Source: Vicugna vicugna (taxonomy: Eukaryota). From it: a DNA stretch of 64,000 nt. The notes beneath the pieces were generated by a model. It saw only the letters and a program-made list of their open reading frames with translations. It ran no database searches and was not told the DNA's origin. A program made the translations under genes and the position numbers. Below, in pieces: positions 1-13,808 of the stretch. The stretch spans positions 62,001 to 126,000 of the forward strand of contig MU058824.1 in assembly GCA_013265495.1 (NCBI GenBank). The letters are read 5' to 3'. Numbering within the stretch: the stretch's first letter is position 1; every line of letters begins with the position of its first letter.

Positions 1-3000
1 CAGGCAGAAGACTGTTCAGTGGAGACCACCCAGTTTCCCTTATTCTTCATGCACTATTTAAAGGTGTTCCTGGCCTTGATCTTTAATTTGCAGCTGACTT
101 GGGTTTTTTGCCCCGAAGACTCGATTAAGTTTCGTAATTTCCATGTCCATTCTCCCCAGTCCTATACCGTGTGCCCTTGGTGGGGAAAATGTAATGATCA
201 TTGCCTTTTCTGCACACAATTTTGAAAGAACCTGAACCAATTTTTCAGCCTGTCTCCAGCCCCTCTACCTTCACAGCTGCTGTCATTCGGGGCGGGGCAG
301 GGTCGGTGGGGGGGGGTAGGCAGAGTGAGAGATGCTTATGTAGATTATCACTGAAAGATGATTTTTCTTTTTTGAGAATATAGGAGAATAGCTAGCAAAT
401 CTTAAGTGAGTTCACCCGCCAACACAGGTGTGCCTGTAATGCTGGTGATTTCTTTTTATGTGAGAAAGACATACGAGTTTCAAGTAGAGAGTGTTTGGGG
501 CATTCTCCTCGTGCATCTACAGCCCATGGTTTAATTGGGTATTTTCTCTCCTCTTGAAGAAAATTCAGTCCAATTTTTTAACAGTTGACAAGTAGATGAA
601 TGTTTCCCTCTAAAACCCTCTCGTTGCTTTGAACCAGAGCCAAACACATCCCATGCATAAATCTGTTACTTTATTTCTTCTCCTTATGGAAACTTTCCAA
701 GTAGATGTGGCCACTTGAAAGGTGCTGATACAATCAAAGTGTCAAACTCATTTCAATGGATTTTGTTTTACCCTAAAACAACATATCTACATTACCAGTT
801 TGAGAATTTAAAGCTTATTCAGATAAAAGGCCTAATGAATATTAGCCCATGAGATTATAGCGGTAACTTGGCTACCTTACAATATTGTGCTGTAGGCAAA
901 CTTCAGCCAGGGGTGATACCTTAATGGACTCACAGCAAGAAACTGGACCAAAACCCCCAGGCTGTGGTAATCACGATAGTTCTAAATTTAAGCTTAGAGC
1001 AACATTCACTGTTTCTCTTATCTTAAAGTGAATTACATCAGGGAAGTCTTGAAACCAGACAGTATTTGATACAGAATTCTTGCCCTTACAGAGGGAGTAA
1101 TAGTCACAGACTGATCAGGAGAGAGTTCTTGAAATGAGAGCCCAAGAAGAATTGTTCAGAAGAATTGCTGAATTTACAAGTCAGCCAACTTCTTTACCCA
1201 TTCCTTTCTTCAGAGATCTTTTTCCCTTGCTTCTTTCAAAGTGCCAGAATTTTCTCGTGAAAACCCAGTTTCACTTACCTGTATTCATCTGACAAGTGTT
1301 ATTTCTTCAGCCGTCTCCACTAGGCTGGGATCTGCGACATCCTACTTGCCAACCCTCCTCTCGGTCCTCTCTGATGATTGGCACCTCGACTCAGTGTCCA
1401 AAACAGGCCTTAGAGGGAGTACCTACTTTCACTGGGCCGTGTTTAATTCTGCACATTAGGCCTCAACAGCACAAACCAGGCTTCACACTGGACCCTTCGT
1501 TCTGGCCTGGTGGGTTTTCTGGGCCAGGAACCCCAGCCTCTCTGCCTCCTGTCTCCTTACCACCTGCCCATCTGAGAGGGGGGCCTCCAGCCCCTGCTCA
1601 CCCCGGCTGAGTGTGTGAGGCTGGCCTGTGGGCTTCACTGGTAGCTGATAAAGTGGACCCTGCTTCTGCTCTACAAACCTCACTCTCTCTGCCACCACAC
1701 CAGAGCATGCAGGTCACGGGGACACAGGAGGGTCTATCTCCCATTTTAGGTCTAAGCCACATTCTCCAACAGAATTTACCAGATGCAGGATTTACTAGAC
1801 ATCTGTCCAGGCAGTTAAGATGACACTCTGGTATCCACTGTGCTGGCAATTCTTATATGAACTCTTCCATCAGCCAAAACCTGGAAGGAGAAGGCAAATG
1901 GGGTGCATCAAACCCTATCTTGAGCCCCTAACACATTTGTGACACGATGCCTCAGATCTAACATGTCAGACACCAAGAGATGAGATTTGAAACCAAAGCA
2001 CCCACAATGAGATCAAGGCTCTTGCTGCAACCATGGCAGCCAATATGAGTAACTACATGACCCTGGACGGTTGGCCTTGACCAAGGTACCAGGTTACAGC
2101 CGCTTTTACTGTAGTATCAGCTGCAATGCCAGGCACAGCTTTGGCTAGAATCCTCAGGTGCCAAACAACTGCAATTAGACAAAAAGAAACAAACAACCCA
2201 ATAACAATCATCCTAAGACTCAGGGGTAGCTTTTCTTTGGACCACACAATGAGCAGACAGAAATCTGCCCTTGGCAAAAACATAGATGGGAGATAAGCTC
2301 TCACGATGGCCTCAGACTTGAAAGGCAATGCTGCCTCCCGGGGACTTCTGAGTCCTGGTGGAGAGGGCAAGGCACTTGCTAGAACCAGATCACTCCAGAT
2401 CAGGCTCTCCTCAAGCATGGGTGAGAACCACAACGGCTAGACCCAGCCGACCTCTAGCGTGGGAGCCTCTGGAGTAGATGCGGGGCCCCACTTTGGTTCT
2501 CAGGCTACTCGAGGGAATAGCAGCCGAGGCTGTAGAGCAGGAAGCGAGAGGCGCCTCAGCTCAGTGCTGTCTTGAGTCCCTGGACGGGAAACCACGTTTC
2601 CTCTCTCTCTGAATGGCAGGACCACTTACCCAAGTCAGAAACCTGGCTTTCATTTGCTCCCCAACACAACCCACATCCGAGTTTATCCCGTTCAGAGCTC
2701 CGTTAATTCTTGAGGTCAGGTGCTACTCTCTCACCTGGAAAAACGCACAAGCCTGAGTAACTGGTCTCTCTGCCCCGGCTGTGTCGGCAAAGCATCCCTC
2801 CCAGTGTGACCCTCCACAGCTTCAACTCGCAATGGCTCGCAATGGCTCTCAATGGCCTTTGACAGAAAACCCAAACACCTTCACAGAATCTCTCAAGCTG
2901 CATCTTGCCTTGACTTCTGTGCTATTTAGCTGACTCTTGATTGGTCTTCAAATGTCAACTGAAGCACCATTTCCTCTAGCGTTCCCTGACACCACCTCCC

Positions 3001-4639
3001 CAGCTTGTTAAGATGCTCTTCCTCGACACTCTCATCGTCCTTTCTTAAATCTGAGGCGCCAGTCACATTGTGCAATGGTGTTGGGTTACATGTCTACCTC
3101 TACCACCAGGGGAAAAGCTCCTTAAGTGCAGGGCCCACGCCTTTCATCTCTGGATTCACGATACTGGAAGATGGCTACCACTCGGTAGGCTCTCCAAGTG
3201 CTAGGGACCCAAAGATGAGAACAGAGTTCCTGCCCCTGAGAAGCACAGTCTAGTCTACAGGACAGTTACACAAATGAACTAAAATACACTGTTAAGTGCT
3301 ATGACAGATGTACAATCCAGATTCTATATCAACATCTTCCATTTCTATACACAGCACCAGTCATGTTGCTGAATTTTTGCTTGACTGTCTCCTAGAACGT
3401 GATGAGCCCTAGATAAGGGTTAGTAAAGGGAAAGGCAGGGGAGGTGGGGACAAGGGCTGTGTTCTATTCATCTTTGAATCCTCACTGCCTCACATGGAAT
3501 CTGGCATAAAAAGGTGCTATGTATATTGAATATTTATGGAGTAATTAATTAGTCACACCCTTCTAAGGGGTGGGAGGTGACCACAGAAGGCTAAAAGGAG
3601 GAAATGGACATTATCACTGAACCTGACAGTAGTCTCCCAGAGTGAAAGGGAAACAAATGGCATGAACAAAGGCATCAGGTGACAGAGTGGTCTGGGAGAG
3701 CCCTTGACAGGCACAGCCGATTTTAGGAAGATGCCCAATGTAAATCCAAAGCCTGAGGACTTTCTGCCACTCCATTCTATCCTCTCAGGGACCCTTGGAT
3801 GTCCTAAGAGACTCACAATGAAGGTGTAGTTATCCGAGATCTTCTACCCACTCATGAAACACACTGAAGTATTCTGACTTGGTAAGGACAGCCATAAGTC
3901 CTCAGAAATCACACAGCACAGAAGTGGTCACAAGAATGACACACACAATGTAGCACTAAGCTTTCTCCATTTTCTGATGACAGACCAGGTACTAACATGC
4001 CCCAAAGTCCAACAGATTTGAGGATGAGACCACAGTGATCATTCCCTGTAGTCCTGACTTGGATATATCAGAGCAATTCTTTTGGGATTATAATCTGTAA
4101 TATTTCAGTAGGGTCCAATAAAAGCTATGGAAAACATGTCTCAGAAGAACAACAGGCCCAGTCACTTCATGTAATGGGATTTGCAGCGTTAATGATGATT
4201 CTGTGAAACATTTTACATAACATGACCCACGCTCTCCAGCTAATAGAATCACAATGAACTTCAAACAGTTCACCAAATCCTTACATGTGCCTGGAGGGCA
4301 GAGCATAAAGTCAAAATGAAAATACTGTATTTGGGGTTGTATTTTTAATTTATGAAAACTTGCTCAAGGGAGTTCACACATACCACAGACATATTCTCAG
4401 CAAGCTGGATTTTCATGCCCGCTTATCACCGTTTCATACCGGGCCTGTCTCTCTAACTTCTGAGCCAGAACCAGGCCACCAGAGACCCTGAGAGGAAAGC
4501 CTCCAGATGCATCACGCGCAGGAGACAGAGCTGCGCCTCCCTCCTCCCGTGTGTCTTTCCCGCAGAGCTTGAGAGGGGGCTCCACGCCCTGGGTGTCCAT
4601 GGATGTTGGGTGCATGGTTCTGCTTCACAGAAAGGAAAG

Positions 4640-7052
4640 GGGACAAGTCTTGCTAATGGTTTTATTTGAATAAACTGGTTAAAATCTAACATGTATAATT
4701 TCAAAAACACAGAAGAGTACAATGAGCAGAAAATCTGTTCCGTGTCGTCTGAAACCTTAAAAAGAGAGAAGGTTGACTAGACTATCCCTTACTTTAAATG
4801 GGGATGTGTGATTTTGCAGACTGTAATGAACATTCTTTATGTCAAGAAAACAAGGTGAAAGAAGAAAAAATTATGAATGTGGAACTGAGGAATGCTCTAA
4901 ATATGGGAGAAAGTACTGAGACCCAGCAGTAAGAGGGGGCAAAAATCCCAGCACCGAGAAAACAGTGTCAGTTACAGAGAACCTCCGGGGACATGAAATC
5001 GTTTCAGTGGTTTCTGGGACTGCACGGTCTACCATAACAAAGAGCTGACCAGGTTATAATGCCTTCTACCTCAAAACTCAAAAGCACCTATGTGAGAAAT
5101 GTTCCATAATATGACAGGTCTGGTTATATAATGGGTCAGTAAGCAAACAGACGTTACAAAAATTCCTGGACAGTGATATCTGCAGAAAAATATGTCAGCT
5201 CAATGGATATTTACTCTGCATAGGGCAAGAAAAAAGAAAAAGCACGTAACTTCTTTATGTTTTCCTTAACCTAGAAACACAAGAAATGTTACTATATTAA
5301 ATTCATGCCATATTGTCTGCACTCATTGTCAGCAAAAATATTTACAAATAGGACACTAACATTAAACTTGGTGATAATGTCTTTTTAAAATTCAAATTTA
5401 TTATGGCTTTAAGGAAATACATGGTTAGGCATCCAAGCTCTTTCTAAACTAAAGTATTTTAAAAATTACTCCTTTCAAAGTACTGTTCAAAGTTGTATAC
5501 ACTTTAGTTTTCAATATAAAAAGATAATGAGATTAACAAGTTATGATTTAATTACTCATGCAGAGTGAAGAGGAAAGGATGCTGAATCAAACTCCCAAAC
5601 CCAAAAATCTGGGTAACTGAGTTAAATATTTTAAAGCTGATTTGTGTGAGTGTGTATGTGTGTCTACATGTATCACAATTTTTAACTACTATATGAACAT
5701 CCAAAACTGATCTGAAAGCTATTGTCCAAACTTCAAATTCTACAATTCCATCATTTCTTCGCATTACAAACTAGATTTAAACACACCCAAATGCAGAACC
5801 AGTATGACCATTTCTCTCTTTCTGTAGCAGTAATATCTGCTTCTGGATTGGCTAGATCTACAGCTAATAAACAAGTGGAATCTGGCTTCCTCCCAAAGCA
5901 ACTATGATGAATGCCTATGAACACTGCTTTGGACAGACGGGCCCCGAGGGGTTCACTCTGGAAATCAGAAACATCCGAGGTCATTCCCAAGCACTGCACC
6001 AGAGCTGACTTCAGAAAGGCCTCTTGAAGACACAGCCACAGCTGCAGGCTTCACTCTGCTCACATCAGTGTTGCTCTAGTCCACCCCAGATCTGAATCAG
6101 GAGAAAATCGGGAAAGAACTTTCCAGGAAACGTTTTAAGACCCAACTCAAACCCAAGGTCTGGTTTTAGTCTTTGATGAAAAAGATGCCGGTCAAACATT
6201 TATTTTTCATTCCTGATTCTGTGAAAAGGCTTCTGAAGACCAACTTTATTTCTGTCCAACCTAGGCCCTCCCTGCTTGGAGCTCAGGGCTTTTTCACAAG
6301 ATGTAATCACTTCGTGTCTGTTTTAAGAAGCTAATGAGCCTTGTTTTCTCCGGAAATGGTTCTTATTCCCCCAGAACGTTTCCTCGATCCTCACAGCAGT
6401 CCTCTGAGATGGGCAGGGCAGGCAAACCCTCTCCACTTTACTGACAAGCTCACGAGCAGATGACTTGCCCAGGGGCTCCCTGTGAGCAAAGCTGTGATGC
6501 CAGAGCCAAATGCTCAGGAGCAGAACTTCAATTTTTTTATGCAAAAGCATCAAAAAGGTGTCTGTCTGCTAACTTACTAACAAATCTGTCGATTTGAACC
6601 TAGGGATGATATAAATTCATACATCTGTTATTCCCCGTTGAGCTTGGCCACAGCATTAATCTGGACCAGGATCGAGAGTTCACTTGCAAATCATGGCTAT
6701 AGATCTGCCCTTCATGTGTTGTCGACAGCCGAACACCTAGTTGGCCTTTGCTTGGAAACTATTTTCAAGAGAAGGGAACTGACAAATCCACAGCTGCTGT
6801 GAGAGTGACATGAGAGAAAGCTAACAGAATCATAAGCCCTGGGTGAGGGAAAAAACGAATTCCCTAGGCAGTCACAAGGAAATGTATATCATATTTGTAT
6901 TACCTTTAAGATTTTAAGTCTAAGTAATCAAAGAGCCATGCCATTTACATTTCCCTATATGACACATTAAGTGTAAGGGACTCTACTATTTCAACTAAAA
7001 CTGTGTGATCGAGGAGATTTACAATTATAATATATTTAATTCCTCCTTATGA
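4640..7052 (-). other. CAVIN4: CAVIN4 3' UTR region with several candidate poly(A) signals
   Basis: Minus-strand AATAAA at 6245-50, 6199-204, 5397-402, 4661-66; the true end cannot be chosen from sequence. Confidence 0.45.
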
Positions 7053-7730
7053 TTACTGCTTTAAATCTAGCAAAAGAGATTCGTCATCCTCTACTCTCAC
7101 CTGGGGTTTAAAAGTAACTTTTAAAGGCTCGGGGGTGGAGACCTCCCCGCCTACTTGGGGAGGATGCCCAGCAGCACTGGGCTCCCCGCGGTCTGCTTCG
7201 CTGAGAGTCTGGGTGTAGAGCTCACCGAGGGGACCCAGCGCTTCGCTCCCGGCCGCGATGTCCACACCCACCTCCCTGACCTCTTCTGGACCCTCGGCCA
7301 CTGGCTCTTTAGTTTTCCGAAGGCTACGCATCTTAAACGCTTCCCTGGAGGGCGCTGCATTTGAAATAGATTTCTTAAACCTTTCCCCTGACTGCTTCAG
7401 CCTCTCCCCTGACTGCCTTAACCTCTCCCCTGACTGCCTGAGCCGCTCTCTCCTCTCAGGGGTCACTATTCTAGTCCTAATTCTGTTCACCTTCTTGTCA
7501 AAATTCTGCCGCGTCTTCTGCATGTTTTCTTTGGAAAAGGCCTTTCTGATATTATCAATGCGCTCCTTGCCTGACTTTCTAAGCCTGTCAGATCTGCTCT
7601 CTTCAATGGAATATTCTTCGTCCGAGGACAGGTCAGCTGGGGGGTCGAAGACATCGTCCTCCTCCTCTGGACTGTCCATCAGGCTCCTGTCTTTAACAAC
7701 AGACAGGGACGTCGGACACCGAACCTCCTC
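7053..7730 (-). CDS. CAVIN4: CAVIN4 coding exon 2, aa 137-361, HR2 and acidic tail
   Basis: Acceptor ttctctctcctgcag|GAG at 7731/7730; EEVRCPTSLS...IRKAFSKENMQKTRQN...RLRQSGERLRQSGE...VEDDESLLLDLKQ*; 678 nt, phase 0. Confidence 0.96.
   Translation of the reverse strand, partial: EEVRCPTSLSVVKDRSLMDSPEEEDDVFDPPADLSSDEEYSIEESRSDRLRKSGKERIDNIRKAFSKENMQKTRQNFDKKVNRIRTRIVTPERRERLRQSGERLRQSGERLKQSGERFKKSISNAAPSREAFKMRSLRKTKEPVAEGPEEVREVGVDIAAGSEALGPLGELYTQTLSEADRGEPSAAGHPPQVGGEVSTPEPLKVTFKPQVRVEDDESLLLDLKQ
7381..7450 (-). repeat. CAVIN4: 21-nt coding tandem repeat (about 3 copies) giving the RL(R/K)QSGE heptads of cavin-4 HR2
   Basis: Plus-strand (c)ctctcccctgactgc unit repeats at 21-nt period. 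Confidence 0.85.
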
Positions 7731-7829
7731 CTGCAGGAGAGAGAAAGTGAGCGAGTTAGCCACCGGCCCTCTGCCCTTCCAGCCACGCCTTTTCAGTCTC
7801 CTCCGCCCTCTCCTTACATGTTGGTACTT

Positions 7830-8810
7830 CCTAATAGCAACCTCAGCTTTCAGATCCAGTTGTAAGTAAACGCACATGTATTTTACCTTCATCTCTCCCC
7901 TTCTCCTAAGATGAAGACACATTCCTAAATGACACATACTTCTCCACCTCCATGTAAGATAGGCACCTGCCACTTATGTCCAAAAACCAAAGCCTGGCCA
8001 TCATCCTTTCCTGGACCTCTCAGCACAGCACTCTCCAGGTGCCATCCAGAGACACCTCAGAATCACTGTCCAAAATATTTCCTCTCCTCATCCCCTTTCC
8101 AACTGGTCACCAAGCGCTGCTGCTAACACTGCTTAATAACTAATGAGTCCTCTTTTTTCTCCTCCTTCCTCCTCGCCTCCACCGTCTTAATTCAGGTCCT
8201 CATCATCTCAGGCCAGAAGCTGTGCGACACCTGTACCTACAAACATCACCTAAGTATTTCCTGAGAAATATTTCTAAAACAGAGCTCTGATCACATCCTT
8301 TCTCTGCTTTAAAACATCTGGGAGCTCCCTGATACTCGAAGGAGAGAGTCCCAATTCTGCAGTACAATTAGAGGGCTCTTCTGTGTTAGCCGCACCTACT
8401 TTCCCGCTCCTCCAGTCCACAGCACACAGCCACTCTAAGTTCCTCAAACATACACACCCCTCCCCACGCCTTTGTGTAAGTCATTTTTGCTACCCTAAAT
8501 ACTTCACCTCTTTTCAGCTTTGTGAACAAAATCTTTCTCCAAGAGTCAATTCAAATATCCCTCAACTTCCCCGAGAGACCAATTCTGTCTCCAACTTATA
8601 CTAAAATGACATGTAGATGCCTCTCCTTAAAACATCTATCCCGTGAATGAACGAATTGGAACTCTACTCATTTATATGTCTCCCTGAGGCCTTCACTACA
8701 TAGGTTCCACGAGAGCAGAGATGGATCATACTTATGTTTTATGCCCGGCATCTATCCCAGTTTGCCTTGTACTTAAGTAGGTATGTGTAATAAATGGCCA
8801 TTGGAACAAA
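7830..8810 (+). mobile_element. L2 remnant
   Basis: Pyrimidine-rich; TCTGATCACATCCTTTCTCTGCTTTAAAAC motif. Confidence 0.55.
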
Positions 8811-8825
8811 GAGGAAGCACATGCC

Positions 8826-9790
8826 TTCACTCAACAAATAGTTACTAAGCAGCTACCAAGCATCACTTAGTATTCTAGGAACTGAGAATCTCCTGTGAAT
8901 GAAACAGTAAAAGAACTTATACTCTTGGAGAGACAAACAAGCTACTCATACTTATGTTGGATGGTGACACATGCTAAGGTGAAAACTAAAGCACGGAAGG
9001 GGGACACAGAGTGACTGGTGAGGATGCTCGGAAAGGCCTCACCAATAAGGTGACATCCAAGCCTAGACCCAAAGGTAATGCATACACATGGAAGGAAAGG
9101 AGAAACAGCAAGGAGAGCAGTGTGGCTGGATCAGAGTGATCCAGGGGCAAGAGGAGGAGGAGAGAGGGCAAGGGAGGGCCAGCTCATGGAGGGCTCTGTC
9201 TCCAATGATAAGGACTGTGGCTCTTACTCAGAGTGTGATAGGAAGCTTTCTAAAAAGTTTCCAGGAGGATGGCGACATGATTTGATCCTTGTTGTAAAAG
9301 GATGACTCTGTTGAAACGAGGCTATAGAGAGCAAGACAAGATGCAGGGAGAGCAGTTAGAGACCACTGAGCTCAGTCATGTGAGACATGGTTCAGTATGT
9401 TGGCAGAGGTGGTGTTAAGCTGTCTGATTCCAGATCCACTTGGAAGGTAGGAGCCAGCAGGATTTGCTGCTAGATTTAGACATGGAGTGTTAGACAGGTC
9501 AAGGATGGATTCTCAAGTACATGGCCTGAGCAGCTGAAGGACAGATTTGCCATTAACTGAGATGAGGAAGAGAGCAGGGGGCAGAGACTGGAGGGGAAGG
9601 ATGGGTTCCAAACATACTGACTTTGAGATGCCCACCGAATATCCACGCAGAGATGTGGAGTAAGCAGCTAAGTATGTAAGTCTGGAATTCAGGAGCGAGG
9701 TCTGGACTAGAGACATAAACTTAGGAGACATTAACATAAAGATGAAACTAAAAATCATGAGACCAGATTAAAGAGATCACAAAGAGACTG
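8826..9790 (-). mobile_element. L2 remnant
   Basis: TTCACTCAACAAATAGTTACTAAGC end motif, purine-rich plus strand with L2-type motifs. Confidence 0.7.
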
Positions 9791-9796
9791 AGTGAA

Positions 9797-10120
9797 TGGA
9801 TCTACACTCCATTATTCAAAACCCCTGGGAGCCAAGGTTCATTTCAGAAATCAGAATATTTCATATTTGGGGGAAATAATATATTACATAACATTCCCAG
9901 TGAGATCTTGGGGAGAAACTTTTTTTGTGGCAAAAAAAAAAAAAAATTCACTCCAAGGTGGGATAAAGAGTATAAACAGCCTCATGCTACTTAAGGTGGA
10001 GTTTAACCATCAAATGAGCTCAGGTCAAGCTAGGTCTTCCTACCAAGTGAGTTATAAAAAAAGGCTTATTTTTAGAAACTTTTCTACTTTGGTGTTATAG
10101 ATAAATGGATTTTGGACCTG
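9797..10120. mobile_element. Tigger-family MITE (MER46C-like)
   Basis: Degenerate terminal inverted repeats ending GATAAATGGATTTTGGACCTG; internal TCAGGTCAAG...CAAGTGAGTTAT duplication. Confidence 0.6.
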
Positions 10121-12589
10121 AAGATAAGAAGGAAGAGATGAGAAAGAATGAAAAAGGAGAAATATCAGCCAGTGAGGAAGGAGGAAATCCAAGAGAGAGT
10201 GGCACCCCCAGAAGCCAAGGGGAAAGAAGTTTCAAGAGAGGGAGGGACCAGTCACGTCAAATGTGTCAAAAGGATAAGAATGAGCACTGGATTTGGGAAC
10301 ATGGGAGGCACTGGTAACCTTGAGAACCAGCCCAGAAACACAGCTGCTAAAGGAACCCAACTCACTATTTAGGGATTATTTTTAAAACTACACAGGAAAA
10401 ACTTCAAAGATGATGAGATTTTTAAACTGAACCCATGAGTTAAAATTTCTAAAAGAAACTGTCCTTCTACTTGAGATCCAGATTCAATCTGTTCAACCAA
10501 AACAATTTACTATGTAAGAAATACATTTACACATATTCTAAAACCTATCAGCCTGATAGTCAAGAAGGTATCTCTGGAACCTTATTTCTTTGGATATTAC
10601 TTAAAATTAAATTCTTTGGCTAGAGGACTGGGGAGTCCAGGAGCTATTGGGGGGGGGGAGCAGGGTGGATGTCTGCTAGCTCTCTGATGAATCAGAAGCA
10701 GCAACACTATTTCTCTCCTTTCCTGACACCTGCCGCGGGAGTAGCTTCAGCAGCACTGATGCATTCATATGGCCTGAGTAAGTATAATTAGAAAAGCAGC
10801 CGAGGAATAATTACTGTTTGGTGGGGAAAACCCTCACAATCCTGCTGGGAAGAAATCAGATATAGCTTCACTCAGGAATCACATACCTTCTTCAACTGCA
10901 TAACCAACTCTACAAAATCAGGCTTAAAGAACAGAGGTAGAGTCAGGGAAAATACCTGTCATGTGAATCTATTTGTTGCAGCACCTATGAGCCAGAGATA
11001 CCACGATTGGAGATGAATACACTGTAATAATAATTGAAGATTACAGGGCTGAATTATAATTGGTTTCCAAATACAACTATTACTTATCTTTTCAGGCAGA
11101 AGTCTAGGTAAAAAGATGGTTTTTGTAACAAATTGAGTACTATAAGTCAGAGTCTAGTGGCCTTATTGAGTATCAAAATAATATAGGTAGGGGAATTTTG
11201 AATATATAGAAGTCTGGGACTTACTAGAAAATGGCCAAAATAGCTCATTTAGGAAGCACAGGTTCCACAGCACGTGGTTAGTAAGCAAAACTGTTAGAAG
11301 ATACGATAAGCTTCCCAGTTTTCACGATGAGAAGGTCACCAAGGTGAGAGCATGTTCAAAGAGAAATCGTGATTGTATGATAAGGCAGATAGCTTTTTCA
11401 ATGCCAGAGTCCCAGATAAGGGGAAAGCTCAGCTGTACACAACTGTGGGAGATAAAATACCAACAAAGACTGCCACCAAAGATATATCCAGGGAAAACTT
11501 TCTGAGGAAACACCCAAAAGGAAATTAAAGTATACTATAGCTGAATTACTCAGCTTCAAGTTAATTTTAGTAGAAGGTGCAATCTCAATATAGTCACTTA
11601 AACGTATTAACTATGAGAATGAATTACAAGAATTTTAACCGCCAAGAAAAGCCATGTGAATGCTGTATGCAGAGTTCTAACATCTAATGAATCATCGAAC
11701 CCACTGTTATTTGCCTTTATCTCTTTTTCACAAGCTCTCCCATTATAAGAGAGCAATGGCTAACCAACAAAATGCGGCTTTCTCTGAACAACTTCATTTC
11801 AGAGACTCTTTAATAGCATTATATCTTACAAGGAAACAGAGCTGACAGAAACTAGTGCTTCTCTGTTGCTTTTTGATACCATCATTCATTCAAGTAACTG
11901 TAAGGGCTCAAAGAAAAGAAAAAACAGCAAGTTTCAGGGAATAAACAGGTGAATATAGAAACATTAACTTCAAAAGAAAGTTATGTCAAGAGACAAACAA
12001 GAGTCAACTAGAACTTTTCAGAGACTTCTTTGCTTTATCTAGCCTTGTAAATATTGATCGGTACCCAGTCTACTCTTCGCACAAGGGTTCTCAGGAGAAA
12101 TGCTGCATGCCAAGAACGTTTGCTGGCATGCCTCAAGCAAGCAAAGGGTGAGATACCCGTTACTGCTAATGCCCTTGGAAGAGTGAATTCTAAGATGGAC
12201 ACTGCATTCATCACTACCAAATCTAGATCCCCATTACATACACTGACACTGAGGTTGGCCTCTGAGAGTAAGATGACTGATTCTTTCCCAAAATTTTAAG
12301 TCTGGAGAAGGACTTCCAGGGACGTGGAAGGAGCAGGAAATGGTAAAGGCCTTCAGATAGCTTAGTCCAACCTGTCTATTTTTGAAATCTCCTCCCCATT
12401 CCTCCTCCTAAATAACCAACAGGCTTTTAAAAACAAAGTACCACTCTGCCATCCCAGTGTAACCTTACAGTCAATAGTGGGCGACAGAAACCTGACTAAC
12501 GCGAAAAGAACGGCCCGGTGAGTTACAGCCCACATCCTGGCTATCTTACAAATACTGCCTACATAATCCAACTGTGTTCCTGTTTCATT

Positions 12590-13060
12590 TTGTTTTTATT
12601 CTTCTAGGTTTTTTTTTTCTCCTATGCATATGGACATACATCCATTTAAAAAATACAGTGAGATAACACTACATATATGCACATCCCTGTACACATTCCT
12701 GATTTTATGTTTACAACAAATCCTTTGGCATGAAATTTGGGGCCATAAGGTTTGTGAATATTTAAAGTTCTTAACACATACTACCAAAACTGCCCTCCAG
12801 AAATGTACCAATTAATACCCTAACCAGCAGAAATATGAAAGTGCTTGTTATTTCCTACACTTAAACTCTGACAGCATGTGTTAGTAACTGCAAACATTTA
12901 AATAGGTGAAGGTGGAATTTTGCTCATTGATTTTGTCTTTTGTGAACTGACTGATAATGACTTTCTGATTGTTCTACCATGAGAGGAAAGTTCAATTTTT
13001 TTCCTTTTGATTTGTAAGAGTTTTTAAATGTATTATAGGTATTAGGCATTTGCGATGGAT
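12590..13060 (-). mobile_element. Ancient L1ME-like fragment
   Basis: CCAAAACTGCCCTCCAGAAATGTACCAATT motif. Confidence 0.55.
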
Positions 13061-13808
13061 GTGTTCCTACTTCAAAAAATGAGTGTCAAGTGCAGAGCGA
13101 GACAGGAACTTACTTGCTTAATAAAACTACAAAAACTATCATATTAAATCAACTAAGTAAAAAGACATTGTAATCAAATATAAGGAATACTTAGGTGACT
13201 CCTACATTTGTGTAACTGTAACAATAAGAAAAACAAGAACAATTGTTCATTAAGAAATAGATCATTTTTCTTATTATTGTGACTCACTATAGTATGCAAA
13301 AATTTCAATGGACAAATTATATTCTGAAAAGTTTACACTGTACTGTTTAGGGCTTTCCAGGCTCTCCATAATAAGGGGAAGAACCCCACGGTGGGGCTCT
13401 TGGTCTTCAGTTTCCTTTTTATGCAACAAAGAGGTGTTTTAAACTAGAGGCTTCTTAGATATCTTCTAGTTCTGAACTTCTCAAAGGCTATGGGAGGGCA
13501 TCATGCTAACTTGGCTAATATGCTGAAAGAGGCTTACCAATATTAAGTTTCAAAGGCAAGAAATAGATTCTGCTATGCTCCACAGTTCAGATTACATGAA
13601 ATGGTTGAGAAGCTCTAAACACTGACCTGATAGTACATTAGTTAACATGGAAATGGTTTTACCCTGACATTTCTGATGACACGGAACTCCACCACACGAA
13701 TACACACAAATAGTTACGACGTGACACGGGAAACCTCTGATCAGACCTATTGGCAGTTAAAGGATGCAAAAGTTGCAGTAATCAAGCTGAACAGAGGCGC
13801 AAGCTTAC

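Noticed and set aside
1..4600. Short ORFs of 60-126 aa downstream of CAVIN4
   Set aside because: No recognisable domains or coherent exon structure; lengths expected by chance
7258..7869. 203-aa plus-strand ORF
   Set aside because: Antisense shadow of CAVIN4 exon 2; Ser/Leu-rich mirror of the coding repeat with no independent support
7731..7973. N-terminal 80 aa of the 306-aa ORF
   Set aside because: Intronic read-through upstream of a strong acceptor at 7731, running into L2-like sequence
8740..8900. Tail-to-tail L2 junction as a possible miRNA hairpin (miR-28/151 type origin)
   Set aside because: Arms look too diverged by eye to form a long stem; folding and small-RNA data would be needed
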